DNA from: Ostrea edulis
Taxonomy: Eukaryota
Length of the DNA stretch: 64,000 bases
Reading direction: 5' to 3'
Assembly (NCBI RefSeq): GCF_947568905.1
Contig: NC_079164.1
Coordinates: 103,540,001 to 103,604,000, forward strand
The notes under the pieces were generated by a model. That model was not told the origin of the DNA. It was given only the letters and a program-made list of their open reading frames with translations, and did no database searches. Positions within the stretch are counted from its first letter, which is position 1. Every line of letters starts with the position of its first letter. The translations under genes were made by a program, and so were the position numbers. Shown here piece by piece: positions 1 to 11,548 of the stretch.

Positions 1-888
1 CAAATATTAAAATACAGACACACTTTGTATGAGAAGAGGAAGAAGAATTCACACTAAAACAATACATGTATATCCTTCTTCTAGGAAGGGGAGACACAAT
101 GAATACACGGTAGACTCCTAAAGCTTACACTGTAAAGCCTAACTTTTAGTAAAGATATCCATGAAATCTAGATAATGTAATTTAATTTAAAGTGAAAAAA
201 GAACAAATAAAATGGGACAAAACACAGACTGATAGATGGAAATCCCATATGAAAAGTGGAAGAAGAAAAGCTAGCAAACCCAGCTGTCTTGACACTTCCC
301 CAACTGTCGCTACGCAGCTTTAGATAAGAATTTGAATAATAGAAAACTATAGTCACATTTATTGGTCAAAAGATAAAGTGGGCGATACCATATAAAACGG
401 ATGAATAATTTGAATCAGGATTGAAATACATTACATGAAGTGAAAGTAAAACCGAATCAGACACACGTATCTAGGAGAAAAACATCCCTACTCCTGATTA
501 CAACATTCCAAATAAATACTATTTGCTTGTTGAATTTATCTGTGTGCCCCAAACAATGTTTACCATAACCAATTCAAACTAAACAAAATTATAGGTAATT
601 TTGAATATCATGAAATTATGCCTACATTGACTATGTCTCTGTCTAAGGGAAAGATAACTCCTGTGAGAAAAAACAATGACACCTTCGAAAAAGCGGAATG
701 TTTCATGCTGCAGGAAAATATGATGTTTCATCCATTTCAATAATGTGATCAATTCAACCATTCAGATAATGCACTCTACAGAATTCCAGGTGTATACGGT
801 AAAGTGTTAAATGAGTTACAATAATATCATTGCTTAATTTCTTCCACATTTATTGTACAACTGGATACAGAGGAAGATAAACTCTTAC

Positions 889-3800
889 TGTTCACTTTCT
901 GTGTTCTGTCTCCTGAGCTGTGAAGAAGCTGCAGGACCAAATGTGTACAGCCAGTGATTCTTGATGAAGAACTTCATAATAAGTTCATATGCCAGTAATC
1001 TCCCTTCCCTGCTTTCCCAAGCATCAAGCAAGAATCCTATTTTCAATGAAAATAAATAATTATATAATTTTTTTTTATAATTCAAAGCTTACAAATGATA
1101 TTCTAGGTAATTATGAATCAACCACAAAACTCAGCATCGCTGAATATTGGTAAAATAAACATTTCCTTCATTTATACACAATTTTAAATCCTAGAGAAAC
1201 AGATTATACCTACCCTTCTCACTGTTTACAGATGCTCTGATATGACTAGAACAGCCTGGGTCTGTTGTTTTTTCCTCCCTCTGTAAAATGTCCATGCTAG
1301 GGATCCACCCTTGGACTAGAGATTGCAAAAGGAGACTGACCAGAATAGCACAGTGGCTGCATTTAGACACTGAAAATCAAACAGCAAAGAATCTATAAAC
1401 AGGAAGTACAGGGAAACTTATTTGATTTAAGGGTACACACTCATAACTGCAGCTGTGACACTTCCTCTTCTTGTATGTGTAATTTGTCATATCAAGCAGA
1501 AGTTCAGCTATAATATTCAGAATAATAGCAGCTATCACATAGTCAAATAGACTTGGAATCTAAGTCTTGAAAGAGTTGTCATTTTTTTATGGTTGTCCAC
1601 TTATTTCTCCTGTTTGTAGAGGATTTGAATTCATGGATATGCCATACCATGAAAATCAGACACTAACACCAACAACCCATCCCCCAATGAAATTTGTTAT
1701 CATAACATGATTCTTATAAACAGCACAAGCTTTGCCTCATACATGTATTACCAAGTTACTGCATAGACTTACCCAGGTATTTAAAAATGGAGCTGGCAGC
1801 TTGTCTAACTGTAGAGGCAGGGTGAGACAGATACAGTAAAAATGAGTTGGTGTAGGTTGGCCAATTTGACAACATCATTTGTAGGGGCAACACCTGTATA
1901 TAAATCAAAACAATTCAGGCAAAATACATGTACAGTAAAACTCGAATATAGCGAACACGGATATAGCGAAATTCGCTATATCAGAGTTTTACTGTACATG
2001 TTGTGAGAGTAATCCATAGATTAACGAACAATCTCTCTTACAATTGTTTTTACATTTTCATCCCTTGAAAACCATTCATAACCTCGGCTGCACCTTGGTT
2101 GACAATGGGTTGGGTTGGGGGGGGGGGGGGGGGGTGAAAATTTTCAATCTCAACCTCAACTACATGCACAATTAATATATTGGCAACTAAGTCATTATTT
2201 CTTGGAATATCATAAAATTGGCCACATTCAATCTCTAAGTGATGAGAAGATCAATGATATTTACTTGCACCAATATATTATACATGCATACATATGTATA
2301 TCTGATGCGGGTTTTGTTCGATGTAGTTGAAGATCAACACTTGGTAGAAGTTTTGAAATCACTATGAGCTTCTTGTATGAACATATTTGATCTTTGTTTC
2401 ACCTCACATTTAGTTTTCAATTAGTTCTTATTTACACTTTTTTTTTAAAATCTATATGTATCCAAAACTAAAATATATTTATAATCCCCTCTTTTATATT
2501 TGACCCCCAACAGGGGAAAATATTTGAATCACATTCTTGATAGATATATTACTTAAAAATACAAGCATTGTACATAATGTATTTATAAGCATAAAAAAAA
2601 ATACAAGCAGTACTATATTTTAAAAATTTTAACCAATACAAGTATTTCAACATTCTATATATTGTAATCTAATGTAATAGCTTCCGCCTCATTCGAAATA
2701 GTACATTTCTTAACACCCAAGACAAGTAAATCTCAATGCTTTTTAATGTACCTTGATAATGGACAAACAGACATTCAACAAGCCTTCAGCTGCATAGGCA
2801 TCCAGGAACTTGATTGGCAGATTCTAAAAGGTTATGAATTATCCAAATACTGATGTTATTGTCTAATGGGTACTGTTATTATTTATCATCATTCATCAAA
2901 TGTGACTCAAAGTGAACTGTAATTATTCCTTAAAATACTTACAGTTGTTTGCACCGAGCTGAAAATGTTCTCGGGTCCAAGTATTCCTTTCAGAAGTTGC
3001 TGAATAACTTGCTCAAATGTTGAAAAAGCCTCCTGAAATACAAAATCATTTCAAACCACTTCTAATCTAAATCCTTGGGATGTTTGACTTCTAATCTAAA
3101 TCCCTAGGATGTTTGACTTGGTAAATAACATGGGTGATTGAAATTTTCAGTCACAAACTCACAAATGACTAGGTATCAAACACATTCAACCAGGCATGTC
3201 TTAAAGGTGCACATGCTCCAATTCATATGTCAGATTTTAATGAAGATATCAATACTACGGTAGTCTATAAATAAAATGAAACTAAACACTCTATCAAATA
3301 TGCTTACAGAAAACTATACTTGTAGAGGTATAAATGAAAATAGTTTTAAATGACAGCCTGTCTTTTTACACACTTTCCTTCCGAAACAACGAGTCTTGTA
3401 GAGATATAAATGAAAGTAATTTCAAAATACACATTACTTTATATACTTTCCTTCCAAAACGATTAGAGTGCTGACCATGTGACATTCTTATTAGCATACC
3501 AATTGCTATTTTCCAGCAATTCTTGGATCTGTGCATATCTAACTACACTTTAGTGTTTTATCTAGCATCATGAATTTATTCTGATAGGTCCTTACTCCTA
3601 TATAAACAGTGAATGAATTTGATGTTAAACTTACAAATGCCTTTGTTTTCTTTATACCCATGTGTGAAGGAGGCACAATGCAAATATTACACAAATAAGG
3701 CCAACCGAAGATGTCCAAGAGTTAAAGAAAGAACTAAAAACCTTTCATTTGGGATGAAATTGAATAGTTTATGTTGCACAAATTAATATACATATATCAT

Positions 3801-6800
3801 CATTATAGATACAATAACTGTGTTAGTTTGGAAACTTAAAAATACTGATTATCAGGACGTATGTACCTTTAACATGATATAAAATTATCTTTCTTTCTCT
3901 CCCTTTAGTTGAGCTATCTTTACCTTGATGTCACTACACAATATATAAGTGACAATGCTTTACCTTGATGTCACTACACAATATATAAGTGACAATGCTT
4001 TACCTTGATGTCACTACACAATATATAAGTGACAATGCTTTACCTTGATGTCACTATAAGATATATAAGTGACAATGCTTTACCTTGATGTCACTATAAG
4101 ATATATAAGTGACAATGCTTTACCTTGATGTCACTATAAGATATATAAGTGACAATGCTTTACCTTGATGTCACTACACAATATATAAGTGACAATGCTT
4201 TACCTTGATGTCACTACACAATATATAAGTGACAATGCTTTACCTTGATGTCACTACACAATATATAAGTGACAATGCTTTACCTTGATGTCACTACAGG
4301 ATATATAAGTGGACAATGCTTTAGCTGCATGTTCTCGTATGGTAAGCTGGGAATGATACAATAATTCAAAGACAACAGCATGAATCTCCTCAGATATAAA
4401 ATTTGGCACAGGTGGGATATCCTGTAACATAATGATAAAATATGTATTGAATAATTGTACTAAACTATAAAATAAATTCCAAACATCTATAAAGTTATTT
4501 CAGCATGATAATGTAATATCTTCTTTTAAAAGAAACAAACTTAAACATGTGTGTAATTTACCATTTAATTAAGTTTCAGATATATAAAACTCTATACCAG
4601 TGACTGGCTGTGGAGACAAAACTGTGGGGTGTTGGATCTAGAATCTGCTTTCTCTGTGTATTGTTGGACAATGGAATTGATTCCTTTAACACATTTACAA
4701 AATAAAAGTCTCAAGTATACTAGAACCTAATTTTAGAAAAATCTGGATAAATATGTCTACATAAAAATGGAATTACACAGAGGCTCAATTTATAAATTCA
4801 TGCAGAATTCCTTATATTTCATTGTCTTACCCATTACTGCACCCTCTACAGCTTGCCATGGGGAATTCTCAGAGACACAGAGCTGTAAAGATAAAATTTT
4901 AGAAAATTTTCACTTTTGAATTCAGTAAATCCAATTATGAAAATAAGACGCAATTTTTTCTTTATAAATAAACGACTTCAACAATCTCCTTAAATGACTA
5001 ATAATTGATACATGTACTTATTCCATTTGAATACACTCAATGAATCATTTCCTTTTTACCATCATACCTTCATAAAGAAGGCAATCAGGATAAATTTTCT
5101 GCCAAGATGCCCTAACAATCTTCACCGAAAGTGCCATAGAAACAGGACACAATGAACCCTGGCATACAAGATGCATCACTGTTTAGCACATGGTGAACTC
5201 ATTTGAATTAAACTGAATTTTCATGAGGATGTTTTCCAAATTCATTTAATACAGGTATATTGTAGCCATGCTGATCAAGAGAAAATATGAAAGTAGTTTT
5301 CCTACATATTCCAATGAAACTTTTAGCCCCCCCCCCCCCCCCCCCTTCAGTTTAAGGGCATTTGAATAAACTTAATTCTACATATGATGATACCTTTGCC
5401 TAAATTTTGTAATTTCGGATCCAGTGGTTGAAGAAAAGGAATTTTTATCTGAGCACACCTCATTTTCTCATTTCTATTATTTTCTAACTAACTCCTTGAT
5501 AATTAAGGGATATAACCCTTTATTTGAATCAACATGAAAACTCATTACTCAAGGCTAGATGTGCCAAGTTCAACTGGTCCAGTGGTTTTTGAGAAGGGGA
5601 TTTTTAAAATGTAAACATCCAATTTTCATGATTCTTCTTATCTTCCCTGTGTGATCCTTCATTTGTAAAACTTCAATCCCATTCAACAAAGGCACTTTAA
5701 GCCAAGTTTGTTTGAAATTGGCTCAGTGATTTTTATTGAGAAGATTTTTGAAATGTAATATCAAATTTTTCATTATTCTTAATTATCTCCCCCTTTGAAA
5801 AGGGTGTGTCCCTTCATTTGTAAAACCTTAAATCCTCTTTAACCACGAATGTGTTGTACTAAGTTTGGTTGAAATTGGCCAAGCAGTTATTGAGAAGAAA
5901 TTCATTATGTGAAAAAGTTAACGATGATGATACAGATGATGAACAAACTTTGATCAGAAAACCTCACTTGAGCCTTCAACTCTAACGAACTAAAATTGTG
6001 GCACCAAAGTTTGACATGAATGTTTATATATAAAGCCACCTCAAAACAAAAATACCTTTACAAGCTCTTGGAAAATTTTCTCTTGGTCAGCTAGAGGAAG
6101 ATAAGAAACTATTGGTCCCAAATTTTTGGCACAAGAATTTCGTATAGCAGACCACACGTCTGTTACTGCAGATATGATTAGCCTCTGAAAAATTTAAGTA
6201 GGTATTACATGAAGCAAACATTTCTTACCAACAAAACATCTTTTGTGGTAAGTTTAGTACTAAAACATGATTTATATTTCTTCTTTGGTTTTGTATATTT
6301 CTTATTCTATGGGATTAAAAAACCTGAGAATATGAATTTGTGAGTGAAGTGTTCATTTAAAAGATTTACATGTATATCAGCAGAGGCCTTTAACAGTCAC
6401 CCGAGTCCATGCATCACATTTTCAAAAGTTTATGACTTGTGTGCATGAAATTTTAAAAATCATTAATACACAAACATTTCTAACATATCAATAAGTAATT
6501 TGCCATAGGACCCAAAACTCCTACTCTAAGAATATTCAATTGCTTGCTTATGTAATGATACTCAGGAGAAGATTTCAGTAGATGACTAAATGCTCATAAT
6601 AATCATGCAAATATCTAGCCTCCTAGATGTCCAGAAGTAAAGAGATTTTTCTACAATGTGCATGTAATGCATTTTCAGTATATGACCAACTTAGCCCCAC
6701 CCTGGGGCATAAACCCTAAATCCATGGGTCATGATTTTCACAATTTTGGTAGCAGGTTCATTGCTTATCATAATCATGCAAACAGTTTGACTGCTTCATA

Positions 6801-8215
6801 TCCAGGAGTAAAGAAGGTTATTTCTAAAGTTTTCAATAATTTTGATGATTTTGGTCCCATTCCTCAGGCCCCAGGGAGGCAGGGTCAATGAAATTCCTAA
6901 TTTTTGTTCTGCTTTACCCATAGATGCTATGTACCAAATTTGGTTAGAATGGATTCTGTCGTTCACAAGAAGAAGCTGAAAATGTTCAAATGTTCCCAAC
7001 CAATGCATGAGACAGGGAAAAACAGATAGCAATATGTCATCTGCGTGACTCTGGTGATCTAAAAAGCAAGTAGTTTTACTTCATGAGTGATACTTCTCGT
7101 TAAATTATGTTATGATAAATTCTTTTTGTATAATTGGGGATCTACAGTACATCTATTAACTAATGATACTTTATTAACTTTTATTATTTACCTTCAAATA
7201 CTATTATGGTGTATGTTTGTAGATTATTTTTTCATATCAAAATATAAGAATAAAGAAAATAAATTGTAAATGAATAATTATCAGCATGCAAAATACAAGG
7301 AGCAATTTTATTCCATACCATGTGTAGATACCCCAGTATCTTTTTTTAAACTATAAACCAGTACATACTATCTAAATCCTACCTGTATCAAATGGATGTG
7401 TTCAAAATCCAAAAGCTCCTCTTTATTTTCCCTCAACCATTCCATAAAGTGGATAATAGTTCTGTTTCGGACAACATGGACATCTGAGACTGAAATAAAT
7501 ATAGTAATGAAAAATCAGCAGGGAAACATCATCCTTAAAAAATGTATCTAAATTTCATCCTAGTAAATATGTGTGTTAAAAATGGATTGAATTTTAACAG
7601 ATTTTGTGTCACCTTACCTTGTTTCATTGTGTATTCAAATGCATGTATTAACTGAACAGAAAGTGGCTGCTGTATGTACCTGAAAGGTAAAAATATAAGT
7701 TTTTGATAATACAAAATTTGCATGTGCAATCTCTTTAATCCCATTCACAATACTTGAAAAAAAACTTGATGGCAGGTCAATATATGTCCTTTAAATCTAC
7801 CTCTAATTTCCACATACCATTTAATAATATTGTCCAAAAGATCATTCAACATGGCTTTTACATGCCCATCACTGGCTTCAAGTGTTGTTCCAGTGCTGGA
7901 CATCTTTCGAACTCGTCTCCTACCATCTCTTCCTGCCTCTGACCACCCATATCTTCTATCAAAGACATAACAGGTCAACTTATTTAAAACATTGTCATTG
8001 GAAATCAGGGCCACTAGCTGAGTCTCAGTGTGTGGGGCACATATTTCTTCATACACATGATGATTTCCATCCCCCTTTTGGAACCCCTTTCCAGAGTCAT
8101 CCAGGTTGGAGAGATGCTTGTGAATGGATTTCAACATGAGCTGCTCCTCTGAGGAGGATTTGGCCGACAAAAGTGCAGTAGCACTGCTGAAAAGTCCATC
8201 AGCATCTGATGTCAT
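889..8215 (-). CDS. Uncharacterised multi-exon protein, probably HEAT/ARM-type alpha-helical repeat; 3' end unresolved, likely continues left of 889
   Basis: Twelve exons with AG/GT boundaries and mutually consistent phases: 8215-7818 (MTSDADGLF...NIIKW), 7679-7618, 7489-7383, 6184-6056 (RLIISAVTDVWSAIRNSCAKNLGPIV), 4882-4831, 4683-4598, 4421-4284 (LLYHSQLTIREHAAKALSTY), 3032-2943, 2823-2752, 1893-1773 (LSHPASTVRQAASSIFKYL), 1369-1214, 1036-889 (AWESREGRLLAYELIMKF). About 519 codons. The start Met at 8215 is inferred; an acceptor lies at 8241-8242 and the upstream candidate exon ending at 8310 has an in-frame stop, so it is probably UTR. The HEAT call rests on repeated 'xxVRxxAAxxL'-like helices only. 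Confidence 0.8.
1933..1994. mobile_element. Tiny Tc1/pogo-type MITE (internally deleted)
   Basis: TIR cagtaaaactc...gagttttactg, flanked by TA on both sides; 62 bp; intronic. Confidence 0.7.
3921..4321. repeat. 40-bp tandem repeat, 10 copies, overlapping an exon 3' end and its splice donor
   Basis: Unit taccttgatgtcactacacaatatataagtgacaatgctt starts at 3921, 3961 ... 4281. The last copy (41 bp) is the coding exon end. Confidence 0.95.
5313..5996 (-). mobile_element. Helentron-associated non-autonomous element (HINE-like), partial
   Basis: Ends in gatcagaaaacctcacttgagccttcaactctaacgaactaaaa, the reverse complement of the family start seen at 45122. Internal ~160-bp-type subrepeats (ccaagtttggttgaaattggcc...gagaag). 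Confidence 0.6.
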
Positions 8216-10903
8216 TTCTGTGCGGTGAAGATCATCATGTCTGCAATTTACAAAGCAAATCAGGTGAATTGTTTTCAATTTTTCAGTCGCTGTTAAACAA
8301 GATACTTACCTGTGGCTACATGTACGTTAACAAACACCTTTCATTGCTTGTATTGCCTTGGTGATGTGGGAAGTTTGGGCTCGTTTTAATATTTATATAA
8401 AAGCAGGAAGCCTAATAATCTTATTACACGTCATTCAATAAAGTCCAATCACTAATTAATTGCATATTGGTAGATGGTCTTCTGGATTAACTTCAGGCCA
8501 GGCCAGGTTCATGCATGTTTACAGAATACCGAGTTATAATAAGATTTAATGTGCAAATTGTTTTAAGCCTTTAAACTATTACAATCCAGTAACATTTAAA
8601 GAAAAGGATAACCAAATCTTTTAAATACAGCAAATCTTCACGAGTTGTGGATATATTACCTAATGTTACTTCGAGTAAATTCGGCATGCTACATGGGTTG
8701 TTATAGACGCTTTCAATCCTTGCACAATTTCACACTGCCATGATATTACGGCATCTCTGCCATTTTTCACAGCTACTAGCTAAAATGCAACTTTGATATA
8801 CTGATATATGTTTCCATATCATTCAATTTTGATAAACCAACTAGAAATAAAAAATTCTATCCGAATTTCTTTCGAAAATATGTAAACTCCATTTTGTTGA
8901 CGTCATAGATGAATTTCGATCCCGAGCGGTTCCCAAACTCGAGGATTTCGAACGTTGTTTTTTCAAATGTCAGGCGCATCGAACCAAGGGAGGGGACATG
9001 AGGCCTTCCCCTCCCACTTTTTTGACAACGTTCATTTTCCGTTATATTTACATGCAAAGTAGTACAATGATCCCCCTCCCAATTTTGTATGTCAAGACTA
9101 CCTCACCCCCACGGTTTGGACGTAAAAACATCTTTTTATTTATTTTTTTAAATTGATAGCTGTGGTAGGGTGATTGTTATTGGGTGGGGGTTTTTTTTGG
9201 AGGGGGGGTGTTATTTTTTCCTTTGGGGGATGTTTGTTTGCATTTTTGAGGGGGTGTTGTTGGGAGTTTGGGTTTTTTTGTGTTTTTTTTTGGGGGGGGG
9301 GGGTTTCTCCTCCCGTTAATTGTTACTCTTGAAAGTTTGTTAATGTTGCGTCCCCCTTCCACTTTGAAAAAATGATGCCACATGTCCGCATGTACTGTCA
9401 ATCTGACGTTTTCACTAACTGCATTTAGGCCTATACTTTTACTATGAAATGGTACATAATTTAAAAAGAAGAAAGGAAAAACTCTGATTATGGATTGAAT
9501 TTTAGATCTTTTCCAGTGAGTATTAAAGGAATGTAATTATGGGGGCATATATACACATGTGACAAATAGGACAGCCACGAATGTAAGGGTCGGGATTTTT
9601 AAAAATCAACTTGTAGGGAAAGTATTCTAAAATCTACTTCTCATGAAACACCATCTTTCCAAGGTAAGGGTTGGAAACCCATCACATTTCTCGAAAAATG
9701 TGGTGGATCACAAACCTAGGTATGTGGTGGATCACAGACCTTGAACCTTGGCGGGATAAAAAAAAGTCACCAATTTCCTGCATTGTTTGTTTTAGATATG
9801 TTCAGAAAAATGGGGATGTGACACCTTTCCTCTTAATTCTTACAGACCTAGTGGTCCAAGTAATTCAAATATGGAACTCTATCTTCTGAAAATAGATGCT
9901 CTAGCTCTAATCAACATATGCACGTGTATCTCTAAGGGACGGATTGATAATGGGACGGAACGTCTAGAAAGCAAAATATCTCCATTGCTGATTCATGAAA
10001 ATCTCTCAAATTGATCTTAACACATCTCTCAATCAAATTAGAGATACGGGCCCGGGAATTAAATATTCACAAGCACATGTACAATTAATTCTAAAATAAC
10101 CTTATATAATATAAATACTATATCATGTCATATTTTAAACGAATATCTCGTTGGTGGAGATTTTAATCGGAACTCGAGTCAACACGGCACAAAATCCGTG
10201 ATGTAATTTGCATTATTTCTTCTTCTTTTTTTTTTAAAGTTTGACCAGTGATAGTTGTGATGCTTTGGTTGACTCGGGATGTTTCACACACGTCACCTTA
10301 AATCATGTCATTACCTGCTCAGATGATGTTCCCATTTCCATATTTGACGTCAATATAGCATTCAGTCAACCTATCATCTTGTGTTCCTGTTTTGACGACC
10401 TTTCTCTTTTTTGATATATGAAATGTGTTGGGTCTTTTAATTAACTTTTATATAATTGGATCAATTTAACCAAACATGTAGTCTTAAATTTTAAATCTGA
10501 ATTTAATATTGATTATAATATCCAGTTTCATGCTATTCTGTGCAGATATTGGCACCTTTGAAACCTGGTTTACCATAATATTCCTTCAACAAATTCCTAT
10601 AACTCTTATATTTGTTTGGATCTATATATATACATTAGCAGGTATGTTAACTTTTGATGCTTTGTTTAACATTGCATCCACTAACATTTAAATACATATA
10701 CATGATATATATGCATGAAAAGGTGAAAACAACGTACATTGATGATCACTGATCAATCTCCTATCTTCCTATATATATTAGAATGTAAAATTAAGAGAAA
10801 GGCATGTAAACGCGAACCTTTAGACACACCAGAGAATGTGTTTCTAGTTAAGTATCCCCTGGTAACCGGTCACAGTCGTCGTGGGCCATATATAAATAGG
10901 GAA

Positions 10904-10998
10904 GTCGTTGTGGCCGAGTGGACTTACGCACTGGTTTGACAATCTTGCTAGGCGGTGGGTGCCGTACGTCGCTGGTTCAACCCTGGGCTGGGGCGAAA
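10904..10998 (+). mobile_element. tRNA-derived SINE head / Pol III promoter remnant
   Basis: A-box tggccgagtgg at 10911-10921 and B-box-like ggttcaaccc at 10974-10983. The acceptor and T stems do not pair, so this is not an intact tRNA. Confidence 0.55.
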
Positions 10999-11454
10999 AT
11001 TTTCAGTACCTAGTTGTGATTATTTAGTGCGTTATATATATAAATAGACTCTATTGTATTTTCTCACCAAGATGGGAACCAATATGTAGGCCTACATATA
11101 TACTGTGTACAGGTATTTGGAAGTTGTATGTTGTACATGTAACCGTTGATACCTGATTTAGCTGCCGTGGCCGCAAAAATGCAGAATTCACCCCATGCTT
11201 CCACCCATTATACAAACAAACGAGACATTTATTCCTTAAATATTTATGTTTTGTAAAATAAAAATATCATCATTTTAGTAGGCCTAGATCTAGATTGATA
11301 GTTTCAGTTCTATTTCACAATTTAAAAAAAAAAAATTGTTTTCTCCTCTCAAAATAGCTTAATTAAGCTGTATAGAAGCTACCCAAAATAAGAACATACT
11401 CTGCATAATGTTTGCAAAGTTATGGTGAGTAAATTTATACTAATAATTTGTTAA

Positions 11455-11548
11455 AACAGACGCGCGGCTGAGGCAATATTCGGGAAAGTTTGAATCACCG
11501 TTTCCGGTTTTGCTCTTTACACTGGTACTCGATCAACATGGCGGCTCC
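11455..11548 (+). promoter_or_regulatory. Putative TATA-less housekeeping promoter of UBE2V
   Basis: Local CpG enrichment, an ETS-like ttccggt near 11502 and a YY1-like caacATGGCGGC overlapping the start codon. Confidence 0.45.

Noticed and set aside
168-761. Further exons of the left-hand gene (e.g. ~325-230 LRSDSWGSVKTAGF and a micro-exon near 708-684)
   Set aside because: Plausible, but the donors are weak and the phases cannot be fixed unambiguously, so they are not included in the model.
10904-10998. Intact tRNA gene
   Set aside because: A and B boxes are present but the acceptor and T stems do not pair.
8300-11538. TMEM189/PEDS1-UBE2V read-through arrangement as in vertebrates
   Set aside because: No desaturase-like His-box exons upstream on the plus strand; the upstream neighbour is a divergent unrelated gene.
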